18,877 bases of DNA, taken from Nitrososphaeraceae archaeon (GTDB lineage: Archaea > Thermoproteota > Nitrososphaeria > Nitrososphaerales > Nitrososphaeraceae). The translations under genes and the position numbers were made by a program. This document shows, piece after piece, positions 1-8,401 of the stretch. Location: contig JBIOZG010000031.1 in the NCBI GenBank assembly GCA_044870765.1, forward strand, positions 1-18,877, read 5' to 3'. Position 1 is the stretch's first letter. Every line of letters begins with the position of its first letter. Under the pieces are notes generated by a model. That model saw only the letters and a program-made list of their open reading frames with translations. It was not told the origin of the DNA and did no database searches.

Positions 1-208
1 ATCCACATCCCACATCCAAATATCTTGGATTTGGAGAAATTGATTTTGCTAGGGCAACCACACGCAGCACGTCTACTTTTCGATAACCAAAATACGTACC
101 GCAAATATATGGAAATATAAAACGTTCGTGAAATGTAAATTTGCTATTTTTTTTGAATTCTTGATATTTTAAGTATGCTTCACGAAGATCATTAATTTGA
201 AAAGGCAT
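1..208 (-). CDS. Class I SAM-dependent methyltransferase, N-terminal part (runs off the window edge)
   Basis: Translated by hand from the ATG at 208: MPFQINDLREAYLKYQEFKKNSKFTFHERFIFPYICGTYFGYRKVDVLRVVALAKSISPNPRYLDVGCG. The frame is open to the edge and ends in SAM-binding motif I (LDVGCG). Not in the ORF track. Confidence 0.85.
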   Translation of the reverse strand, partial: MPFQINDLREAYLKYQEFKKNSKFTFHERFIFPYICGTYFGYRKVDVLRVVALAKSISPNPRYLDVGCG

Positions 209-314
209 GCATTAATAGACTAGAAATTTTACTCAAATTTAACCTATTATTTTAATTTTTAAATAACATGGCAATTTGACAATTAATCGACAACTTGTTT
301 AGTATCGAATTGCC

Positions 315-328
315 AAAAGGCTTATAAA
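315..328 (+). promoter_or_regulatory. Archaeal BRE/TATA promoter for the 350..565 gene (probably leaderless)
   Basis: Purine-rich AAAAGG followed by CTTATAAA, ending about 21 nt upstream of the ATG at 350. Confidence 0.6.
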
Positions 329-349
329 GTTCTTCTCTGACTTTTCAGT

Positions 350-565
350 ATGCGTAAATTTGATGAATGGTGGAATTCTGTTCCCGCTGATCTGAGGACA
401 AAAGCGAAAAAAGGTGATGAAGGAAACAAACCATTGTTAAACCAGGTTAACTATGTTTTACTTCATCTTCATCTAGCTGGAAAACACGATGCAAAACCAA
501 GTCATGATGAATTGAAGGATTGGCTTCACAGCGGTCAAGTTGACGTATTAAGGATGAACAAGTAG
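350..565 (+). CDS. Small hypothetical protein (71 aa)
   Basis: ATG start, well-positioned TATA box, T-rich terminator downstream and protein-like composition. No family motif recognised. Confidence 0.75.
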   Translation: MRKFDEWWNSVPADLRTKAKKGDEGNKPLLNQVNYVLLHLHLAGKHDAKPSHDELKDWLHSGQVDVLRMNK

Positions 566-577
566 TCAACTTATCCA

Positions 578-606
578 TTTTCTTTTTTATTAGTTCTAGT
601 TTTTTT
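578..606 (+). terminator. Oligo-T archaeal terminator
   Basis: TTTTCTTTTTT and a T7 run just after the stop at 565. Confidence 0.5.
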
Positions 607-677
607 ATAACAGTGTTTTGCTTTAAGCATAGTGTTTAAATAGTTTCGAACATATGCTCCTTTAGTGATTTAGTAGA

Positions 678-971
678 TTGCCTATTGCAATACTTCCAGA
701 TGTTGATGAACAAAGATGTATCGGCTGTGCACTATGTGTCGAAATTTGTACCGCTCTCGGTCCAGATGTATTGAGGGTAAAACCAGTTGAGGGATGGAAG
801 AGAGGTAAAGCTTTTGTATTCTATCCTGAAAGATGCATTTCAGATGGCGCATGTGTAGGCGTTTGTCCAACTCATGCTATATTCTGGATGAGACCAATGG
901 AATACACAGCAGGACAACCAGTTGCTTTACACAAGAACGGTGTATTCGACAAGGGTTGGGAAGAAGGCTAA
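678..971 (+). CDS. Dicluster 4Fe-4S ferredoxin
   Basis: Motifs CIGCALCVEIC and CISDGACVGVCP. TTG start, TATA-like TTTAAATA at 635-642, T-tracts after the stop. Confidence 0.93.
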   Translation: MPIAILPDVDEQRCIGCALCVEICTALGPDVLRVKPVEGWKRGKAFVFYPERCISDGACVGVCPTHAIFWMRPMEYTAGQPVALHKNGVFDKGWEEG

Positions 972-992
972 GAAATTTTCACAATACTTCCA

Positions 993-1010
993 TTTTTTAA
1001 TTTTATTTTT
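993..1010 (+). terminator. Oligo-T terminator after the ferredoxin gene
   Basis: TTTTTTAATTTTATTTTT about 20 nt after the stop. Confidence 0.5.
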
Positions 1011-1162
1011 ACATTATTAATAATTTAATTAAAAGTTAATGCTATTACGAAATAGTCAAAAGAGCATATTCGTTTAGATTTCCAAGCTAGATCATAAAGA
1101 TAAAGATAGATTCCAATCCAGTAAGTTTATGCACTAAAAATCAGCTATGCGGGTTAGAGATC

Positions 1163-1780
1163 CTAAACTAAATACTTGTTGTAATCAGCTATCTTGGAAG
1201 CTCTTTCATAATTAAGAATTTGGTCCTCAAAACCCAATGTATAACCAATCTCATCTATGCCTTCCAATAGCATTTTTTTCCTGGTCGAATCGATATTGAA
1301 GTTCATTTTTTTCCCAGATATAGAAATTGTTTGTTTCCGTAAACTGATCTCTGCGAATGTATCTGTGTTGTTGACTACATTGAAAAGGTATTCTATGTCA
1401 TTTTGACCAAGATATATCGGTAATAATCCTCTTTTAAAGCAGTTATTATAGAATATGTCTGCAAACGAGGAGGCTACTACAACCCTAATACCATAATCAA
1501 ACAATGCCCAAACGGCATGTTCCCTGGAACTTCCACATCCAAAGTTGTCTCTTGTCAATAAGATTTGTCTTTTCTCAAATTTTGGGTCATTGAGAATGAA
1601 GTCCTTCTTAGGTCTTCCATCATGGCCAAAACGCCGATCATAAAAAAGAAAGTCACTATATCCACTTTTTTGGATGAGTTTCAGAAATTGTTTGGGTATT
1701 ATCTGATCAGTATCTACGTTCGTCATGTCCAACGGAATCATTTGGCTTCTGATATCAACAAAGCGTTCCAGATGTATCAC
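1163..1780 (-). CDS. leuD: 3-isopropylmalate dehydratase small subunit
   Basis: Motifs NVDTDQIIPKQFL, NFGCGSSREHAVWAL and SFADIFYNN. Lies 4 nt downstream of leuC. GTG start. Confidence 0.97.
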   Translation of the reverse strand: MIHLERFVDIRSQMIPLDMTNVDTDQIIPKQFLKLIQKSGYSDFLFYDRRFGHDGRPKKDFILNDPKFEKRQILLTRDNFGCGSSREHAVWALFDYGIRVVVASSFADIFYNNCFKRGLLPIYLGQNDIEYLFNVVNNTDTFAEISLRKQTISISGKKMNFNIDSTRKKMLLEGIDEIGYTLGFEDQILNYERASKIADYNKYLV

Positions 1781-1784
1781 CAGA

Positions 1785-3221
1785 TTATAACCAATCTCTT
1801 ACATCAACAAAATGTCCTTCTATGGCACATGCTGCAGCCATTATTGGACTTACAAGATGTGTTCTTCCGCCAGCACCTTGTCTACCCTCAAAATTCCTAT
1901 TAGACGTACTTGCGCAACGTTCACCTGGTAATAAAATGTCGGGATTCATTCCAAGACACATACTGCAACCTGACTCCCTCCACTCAAATCCTGACTCCTT
2001 GAAAACTGTATCCAGTCCAAGCTTTTCAGCATCTGATTTGACCTTTTTGGATCCTGGAACTACCATGGCTCTTACTTTGGCTGATATCTTTCTTCCTTTA
2101 ACAACTAATGATGCCTCTATCAGATCTTCTAATCGAGAATTCGTACAAGATCCTATAAAGACTCTGTCTACGTGCAATTTAGTCAGAGGCGTTCCTGGCT
2201 CTAAATTCATGTATTCCAGTGCTCTGACAGCCAGCTTCCTCTTGTTCTCATCGCCTTGTGCAAATTCCTCCGGCGAAGGGATAGAGTCGGTTATGTCAAC
2301 AACCATAGATGGGTTTGTGCCCCAAGTTACTTGAGGTGCAAGATCAGTAACATTAATCGTTTCAACTCGATCAAATTTTGCGTTAGCGTCACTTTTTAGA
2401 TTTGCTCTCCAATATTCTATCAGTCCTTCCAATTCTGGTTCTTTGGGAGCATATTTCCTTCCCATTAGATACTTGAATGTTGTTTCGTCAGGTGCGATTA
2501 ATCCAGCTCTCGCTCCCCCTTCAATAGACATATTACATATAGTCATTCGCTGTTCCATTGATAATCCAGAAATTACATCTCCTCTGTATTCGATTACAGT
2601 GCCAGTACCTCCATCCGTGCCTATTTTACGAATAATTTTGAGTATGATATCCTTAGAGGTTATAGCATGATTTTTTCTCGGGTTGCCTTCAATCTTGATT
2701 AAGAAAGATTTTGGTTTGTACATCCATATACATTGAGTAGCAAGAACATGCTCGACCTCGCTAGTTCCAATTCCAAAGGCAAGAGCTCCGAATGCACCAT
2801 GCGTTGATGTATGACTGTCACCGCAAACAATGGTAGTACCAGGCAATGTGAAACCAAGTTCTGGTCCAATTACATGAACTATACCTTGCTCTGGACTATC
2901 AATATCATAGATAGTTATCCCAAATTCTTTGCAATTTCTTGTCAGCGTTTCCAATTGCATCTTCGATACACTATCAACTATGGGAAGTGTTCTATTTTCA
3001 GTCGATACATTATGATCCATCGTCGCAATTGTTAGTTCGGGGTGCCTAACCTGTCTGCCGCTTTGCTTTAGACTTGCAAAAGCTTGAGGAGACGTAACTT
3101 CATGTACTAGGTGCCGGTCAACATAAATTAATGAAGGGCCAATTGTGTAGTCGATATTCTTATCCTCATCATCCATAACCACATGACTATCCCAAACCTT
3201 GTCAAAGAGCGTTTTTCCCAT
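1785..3221 (-). CDS. leuC: 3-isopropylmalate dehydratase large subunit
   Basis: Motifs [42 protein letters not shown] and [15 protein letters not shown] at 3221 preferred; an in-frame TTG at 3227 is the alternative. Confidence 0.98.
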   Translation of the reverse strand: MGKTLFDKVWDSHVVMDDEDKNIDYTIGPSLIYVDRHLVHEVTSPQAFASLKQSGRQVRHPELTIATMDHNVSTENRTLPIVDSVSKMQLETLTRNCKEFGITIYDIDSPEQGIVHVIGPELGFTLPGTTIVCGDSHTSTHGAFGALAFGIGTSEVEHVLATQCIWMYKPKSFLIKIEGNPRKNHAITSKDIILKIIRKIGTDGGTGTVIEYRGDVISGLSMEQRMTICNMSIEGGARAGLIAPDETTFKYLMGRKYAPKEPELEGLIEYWRANLKSDANAKFDRVETINVTDLAPQVTWGTNPSMVVDITDSIPSPEEFAQGDENKRKLAVRALEYMNLEPGTPLTKLHVDRVFIGSCTNSRLEDLIEASLVVKGRKISAKVRAMVVPGSKKVKSDAEKLGLDTVFKESGFEWRESGCSMCLGMNPDILLPGERCASTSNRNFEGRQGAGGRTHLVSPIMAAACAIEGHFVDVRDWL

Positions 3222-3344
3222 TATCAACCTTATTGTTAGTTGATTCCGAATATAATCATATTACTAGCAACGTCTGATTTGCGATAAAGAATTAAACTAT
3301 AAAGTGACAATGCTTAAATTTAGTATTCATAGAAATTAGTTCTA

Positions 3345-4013
3345 ATGTTTCAGCATGACAATAAGAACTATGAAGAGTATGTTATGAACCACATAAAGAA
3401 AGGAACGACTACATGTGCTTTGACATGCAAGGATGGAGTTGTTCTAGCAGCCGACACAAGAGCTAGCGCTGGTTATTTTATTGTAGATAGAAATGTTATG
3501 AAAATCCAAAATATAGACGAACATTTAGGCATGACAATTGCTGGGGGTGTCGCTGATGCTCAAAATCTGGTCGATCTTTTGAGGTATAATGCAAATCTGT
3601 ACAGATTATCAAACAACCAAAAATTGATTCCTGTTAAATCTGCAGCAAGGCTGTGTTCTAATGTTCTCTTCAACCAGAGATACTATCCTTATTACGTACA
3701 AATAATCATGGCAGGATTTGACAAGAATAGTGAGGGTGCACAAATATACAACATTGACCTATTCGGTTCCATGACCACTGAAAGGTTTATTTCAACAGGC
3801 AGCGGCTCTCCGGTTGCATATGGATACTTGGAGTCAGAATACAAAAAAGACCTTAGTGTAAATGAAGCATACAAAATAGCAATACATGCAATTGCTGCAG
3901 CTATTAGAAGAAATTCAGGAACCGGTAATAACATCAACGCTGTCATTATAGACAAGGATGGATACCGAGAGTTATCTAAGGAAGTAAAGGACGCAGTACA
4001 CGCTGTTTATTGA
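3345..4013 (+). CDS. psmB: Proteasome subunit beta (catalytic type with propeptide)
   Basis: Propeptide followed by KKG|TTT (N-terminal Thr nucleophile), plus GVVLAADTRAS and TGSGS. The start could be a later Met. Confidence 0.96.
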   Translation: MFQHDNKNYEEYVMNHIKKGTTTCALTCKDGVVLAADTRASAGYFIVDRNVMKIQNIDEHLGMTIAGGVADAQNLVDLLRYNANLYRLSNNQKLIPVKSAARLCSNVLFNQRYYPYYVQIIMAGFDKNSEGAQIYNIDLFGSMTTERFISTGSGSPVAYGYLESEYKKDLSVNEAYKIAIHAIAAAIRRNSGTGNNINAVIIDKDGYRELSKEVKDAVHAVY

Positions 4014-4289
4014 CAAGCCCCTCCATTCTCTTAATTTAATACTTCTACTTTTCCTTGTTTGATGAGTCTAGCTAATAGATTCAAATCAAAAATCCGATAT
4101 GTAATAATCATAAATTGATTAATATCCAAGATAGAAAATATCAAAAACTCAAAGGTCAGGTAAAATGCTTTATTCAAAAAAACAAGAAAATAGATCATTC
4201 AATGATTCTTAACAACATGAACATAGACTATGATACTCTGATGCGAATAATAGCTGAATTAAAAAGTGACGGGGATTTGATATAAGTGA

Positions 4290-5000
4290 CTACTCGATAT
4301 GTTCCAGTAATGTTTTCTGACTTTCTTCATCAACATCATTATATGCATTATCCAATATTTTCCGTATTCTTTGAGCACGTGCAGTCCCAAATCCAGGGAT
4401 TTTGGCCAGTTCGGCGGCCGATGCGTTTAATGCTCTCTTGGGAGTGTTGAATTCTCTCAGCATTTTTACAGCAAACATACCACCTACTCCAGGTAAAGAA
4501 GAAAGAACAGATAATTGCTGTATTTGCTCTGAGGTCTGCTTTCTAATTTTTCGTAATAGGGGTCCGTATGAATATTTTTTCGATAGCTTGTTTGCAATAG
4601 CAATGAGAAAACTTGTTGTATGTTCAATGTTTGGCGTATGAACTAAAGGTATCTTAAAATCTAAAACTATCGTGATAAGCGAATCATAAACTAACTGAAT
4701 TTTTTGGTCATAGCTACGGAAGGATTTGTTAGAATCAGATTTCAGATCTTCAATGATATTTCCTTCAACAATTAATAGCGGTGAAGAAAAATGTTTTATG
4801 AGCTGCGAACACTGAATAAATAACCTTCCATCATAAAAAGAACTTAACAAATCAGAAATAGTTTTCCTTTCGATTGCTACATTGTTGAAGACAATATAAT
4901 CTCCAACTTTCAAAGTAGCAAAGTCTACAAAAACCCCTGATTGCTTCAGCAATTCTGGAATTCCACTGTTTCTTTCTCTTTTATCGACCACTATCCTCAA
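4290..5000 (-). CDS. xpf: Short-form XPF/ERCC4 structure-specific endonuclease with HhH2 domain
   Basis: Motifs VDKRE, GDY...ERKTISD and DGRLFIQ. Two HhH motifs (LPGVG, IPGFG). No helicase domain. TTG start. Confidence 0.93.
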   Translation of the reverse strand: MRIVVDKRERNSGIPELLKQSGVFVDFATLKVGDYIVFNNVAIERKTISDLLSSFYDGRLFIQCSQLIKHFSSPLLIVEGNIIEDLKSDSNKSFRSYDQKIQLVYDSLITIVLDFKIPLVHTPNIEHTTSFLIAIANKLSKKYSYGPLLRKIRKQTSEQIQQLSVLSSLPGVGGMFAVKMLREFNTPKRALNASAAELAKIPGFGTARAQRIRKILDNAYNDVDEESQKTLLEHIE

Positions 5001-5058
5001 GAATCATCTACATAGGAAATATCACTAAAGTTTTAAAAATATTGGTATATTATTAGTG

Positions 5059-5131
5059 AGCCTCTAGTGGGACTCGAACCCACGGCCTAAGGTTTACGAA
5101 ACCTTCGCTCTACCAACTGAGCTATAGAGGC
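5059..5131 (-). tRNA. tRNA-Thr (anticodon CGU), intronless, CCA not encoded
   Basis: Reverse complement folds into a cloverleaf: acceptor GCCTCTA/TAGAGGC, anticodon arm AAGGT-TTCGTAA-ACCTT, T arm GTGGG-TTCGAGT-CCCAC, discriminator U. Confidence 0.97.
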
Positions 5132-5265
5132 CTGACATGGTTACATTTTCAATCAGATAGCCAATTTAACTATTTTCTAATTTTGATACAGTATTTTGTA
5201 CTTCCCGCTGATTTTCATATTATCGTAAAACAAGATTAAATAGTTGAAAATTCAAGTTTTCAAAA

Positions 5266-6603
5266 GTGAAAATTTCAATCTCTGGTATTCGTGGTATCTT
5301 TGGACAAGATTTGAATCTACACGCCATTATGAATTTTTCAAGATTATTTGCGTCATTTATCATTAATAATTCTACTAAAACAGAGAATAAATGTCTGGTT
5401 GCAAGAGATACAAGGCCTTCAAGTTATTTAATTTTTCAAACAGTATCAGCAGCAATTATGGAACAAGGAATAAATGTGTTGGACTTGGGCATCGCTCCAA
5501 CACCATTCGTATTTCATGAATCAATAAAGTATGGTAACGGTATAATAGTAACAGCATCTCATAATCCTTTTGAATGGAACGGTTTAAAATTTATAATCAA
5601 TGGAAGGGGAATTTTTGAAAAAGAACTTGATTTAATTCAACATGAAAATATCCTATCAAGCACGCAATTTGGAGAAATGTATACGTTAAATTCAAACTAT
5701 ATATCCGATATTCTTGAATTATTGAGAAAGAGTGGATATCTTGACAATAGAAAAAAAAGAAATACAATCGGCTTGGATCCTGGAGGAGGAGCTATATCTT
5801 CATATATTCCAAAATTATATAATCCATTAAATCAAGAATTCTACACAATTAATGACATTGCAGGTATCTCATCAAGATCTCCCGATCCTACAACAGATGA
5901 CTTGCTTGAACTAAGAAAGCTTGTAGTGTCTAAAAAGCTAGATTTGGGATTTGCATTTGACATGGATGCAGACAGGCTTGTAGTAGTGGATAAAAATGGT
6001 AACAAGCTTTCACCAGATCTTACGCTTTTATTATGCATTGCAAGTGTGTTAGACCATGGAGCAAAAAAATTTGTCGCCAGTTTAGATACTAGCAATAGTA
6101 TTAAAAACATTATAACTGAATATGGTGGATCTTTATATCATTCTAAAGTTGGAGAAGCTAATGTAGTAAAAGAAATACTCCGGTTAAATGCAGATGCCGG
6201 TGGTGAGGGAAGCAGTGCCGGGTTTATTATGCCAAAATTTGACATGTGTAGAGATGGCATATTGGCCAGCGCAATTATCTCCTCATTAAGTGATGAACTA
6301 TACAACCATTGTATGGAAATTGCATCAAAATACTCAACTATTAGATCAAAAATTCCTATGGAATCGAGTTTTCAGAAACAAGTAATAGAAAAATTCGGAG
6401 ACAAATTTCAGGAAAAGTCCTATGAAATAGTAAAGATGGACGGGACGAAAATTATGATTGATGATAATTCTTGGATTCTAATTAGATCCTCTAATACAGA
6501 ACATGCTGTTAGAATTTCAGTAGAATCAACTCCGGATAATGTTCTAACTCTTTTTAACGAAGTTAAACAAAAGGTGTTGTCTATTTATGAAGAGATTAAA
6601 TGA
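5266..6603 (+). CDS. Phosphomannomutase/phosphoglucomutase (alpha-D-phosphohexomutase family)
   Basis: Motifs SGIRG, RDTR, phosphoserine loop TASHNP, metal loop DMDADR, GGEGS and IRSSNTE. GTG start with TTAAATA at 5236-5242. Confidence 0.94.
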   Translation: MKISISGIRGIFGQDLNLHAIMNFSRLFASFIINNSTKTENKCLVARDTRPSSYLIFQTVSAAIMEQGINVLDLGIAPTPFVFHESIKYGNGIIVTASHNPFEWNGLKFIINGRGIFEKELDLIQHENILSSTQFGEMYTLNSNYISDILELLRKSGYLDNRKKRNTIGLDPGGGAISSYIPKLYNPLNQEFYTINDIAGISSRSPDPTTDDLLELRKLVVSKKLDLGFAFDMDADRLVVVDKNGNKLSPDLTLLLCIASVLDHGAKKFVASLDTSNSIKNIITEYGGSLYHSKVGEANVVKEILRLNADAGGEGSSAGFIMPKFDMCRDGILASAIISSLSDELYNHCMEIASKYSTIRSKIPMESSFQKQVIEKFGDKFQEKSYEIVKMDGTKIMIDDNSWILIRSSNTEHAVRISVESTPDNVLTLFNEVKQKVLSIYEEIK

Positions 6604-7600
6604 AAGAGAAATTATAGATCTCTTTATTTCATATTTCAATAACCCCTTACTTGATAAGGTAAAGAGAGATGACTTGGTAATTTCTCCGCTCAAAAATAGC
6701 ATGATAAAGCAAGCGATCAAAACAAACGGGATGAACATTGTATTAAAAAGTGATATGTTAGTTGAAAGCACGGATGCGCCAAAAATTATGAAACCATGGC
6801 AAATAGCAAGGAAGAGTATATTGGCCTGCGTAAGTGATTTTGCTTCCAAAGGCATACGACCCTATGCATGTCTTATTTCTATTGGAATACCCAGAAAATA
6901 TTCAAAAAAAGACATAATTGATCTGGCGACTGGATTTTCGCTTGCATCAAAGGAGTACAAAGTACCAATATTGGGAGGAGATACCAATGAATCTAAAGAG
7001 TTAACTATTGACTGTAATATGGTGGGCATTACTTCTTTATCACGTAATAAAATTCCAAGTAGAAACGGTGCAAATGCTGGTGATTTAATAGTAACATCCG
7101 GAAAATTTGGATATACTTTATCAGGATTGAAAATAATCCTATCTCACCTGCACGCAGAAAAAAAATTTAAAGCAAAATCTGTGTCGTCGGTAACGTTCCC
7201 AAAACCAAAAGTTGAATTTGGATTCCGGCTTGCAAAATACTTTTCATCTTCAATTGACTCTAGTGATGGGCTATCTTCCTCCCTATACGAACTTGCTAGA
7301 GAAAGTAACAAGGTTGACTTAATTATTAATAAAATCCCTAAACCAAAGGAATTGTGCCATTTCGCTAGTTTGAATTCCATCAGTACCGAGGATTTGCTTT
7401 TTTTTGGTGGAGAAGAATATGAAACCGTTGCTACAATCCCAAGACCAAATTTCAAGAAAATGCTCAAGGAGGCTAAAAAGCACAGAATCCATGTATTTCA
7501 TATTGGTGAGGTATTAACAGGTAGAGGAAATGTTCTCTATGAAAAAGAAGGAATACTCAAGGTTGTTAGAGATAAAGGATTTGTCCATTTTGCAAAATAA
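6587..7600 (+). CDS. thiL: Thiamine-monophosphate kinase
   Basis: Motifs NEREII, SDMLVE, VSDFASKG, GGDTN, IDSSDGL and GGEEYE. Overlaps the upstream gene by 17 nt. Confidence 0.92.
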   Translation: MKRLNEREIIDLFISYFNNPLLDKVKRDDLVISPLKNSMIKQAIKTNGMNIVLKSDMLVESTDAPKIMKPWQIARKSILACVSDFASKGIRPYACLISIGIPRKYSKKDIIDLATGFSLASKEYKVPILGGDTNESKELTIDCNMVGITSLSRNKIPSRNGANAGDLIVTSGKFGYTLSGLKIILSHLHAEKKFKAKSVSSVTFPKPKVEFGFRLAKYFSSSIDSSDGLSSSLYELARESNKVDLIINKIPKPKELCHFASLNSISTEDLLFFGGEEYETVATIPRPNFKKMLKEAKKHRIHVFHIGEVLTGRGNVLYEKEGILKVVRDKGFVHFAK

Positions 7601-7639
7601 AATTTTGCGAACATAATCTCTAAAATGTTGTTTGAGGGT

Positions 7640-8047
7640 TTATACTCTTCTACCCCTACGGCCACCGGGTTTCCTCGTTGTATCATGAGGAATTGGAGTT
7701 ACATCATCAATCCTGCCTATCCTAAATCCCGCTCTGGCAAGCGCCCTAATTGCAGCCTGAGCACCGGGTCCTGGAATTCGTGGTCCTACGCCTCCAACAG
7801 CTCTTACTCTTATATGCAAAGCGTTGATACCTTTGGTTTTTGCAATATCCGCTGCGGCTACTGCAGATTTCATTGCAGCATACGGAGATGATTCATATCT
7901 GTCGGCAGTCACATGTCTCCCGCCAGAACTAAAGGCAATAGTTTCAGCCCCGCTAATATCCGTGATATGAACTAAAGTGTTATTATAACTACTAAATATG
8001 TGGGCTACACCCCATTTGTACTGAATTACTTCTTCAACTTCTGACAT
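7640..8047 (-). CDS. rps11: 30S ribosomal protein S11 (uS11)
   Basis: Motifs [27 protein letters not shown] and [21 protein letters not shown]. Confidence 0.98.
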   Translation of the reverse strand: MSEVEEVIQYKWGVAHIFSSYNNTLVHITDISGAETIAFSSGGRHVTADRYESSPYAAMKSAVAAADIAKTKGINALHIRVRAVGGVGPRIPGPGAQAAIRALARAGFRIGRIDDVTPIPHDTTRKPGGRRGRRV

Positions 8048-8216
8048 TAAATCGTTAAATTAAATTTTTCAAAGGGTGTTAAAAACCTATCCTACTTGTA
8101 TACAGGCAATTAGATTGATTCTCATATTTTAAACACAATACTAGTAACTAATAAGTCAACTAAATACACAAACAACAGCACAACTTTAATGAAGTGGATT
8201 ATCCTGTAAATTATTT

Positions 8217-8381
8217 ATGAAATGGTTCAATCATGACAAAACAGACGAGGAACCTAAGCTGATAGCTTGCAAGTATTGTGATATGAAGTTTCAGGACAAA
8301 GAACGATTAAAAAGACACACCAGGAAAGCCCACAGTGAAAAAGGTGGAGACATGCCAAAGTTCAATCTTTTTGGTAATTAA
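8217..8381 (+). CDS. C2H2 zinc-finger microprotein (54 aa)
   Basis: Translated by hand: MKWFNHDKTDEEPKLIACKYCDMKFQDKERLKRHTRKAHSEKGGDMPKFNLFGN. Pattern C-x2-C-x3-F-x5-L-x2-H-x4-H. TATA-like CTTTAAT at 8184-8190. Below the ORF track cutoff. Confidence 0.85.
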   Translation: MKWFNHDKTDEEPKLIACKYCDMKFQDKERLKRHTRKAHSEKGGDMPKFNLFGN

Positions 8382-8401
8382 AGTCCGTATAGACGATAAA
8401 C

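Noticed and set aside
682-870. 62-aa minus-strand ORF
   Set aside because: Antisense shadow of the ferredoxin gene; no motifs.
1565-3035. Plus-strand ORFs 1565..1903, 1822..2334, 2443..2670 and 2811..3035
   Set aside because: All are antisense to leuC/leuD and have no independent coding signal.
4200-4258. Possible C/D-box sRNA (two CTGA motifs) between psmB and xpf
   Set aside because: No proper RTGATGA C box, and the guide spacing is too short.
3692-7501. ORFs 3692..3955, 4402..4641, 5841..6110, 6544..6855, 7144..7467 and 7319..7501
   Set aside because: Antisense shadows of psmB, xpf, the phosphohexomutase and thiL.
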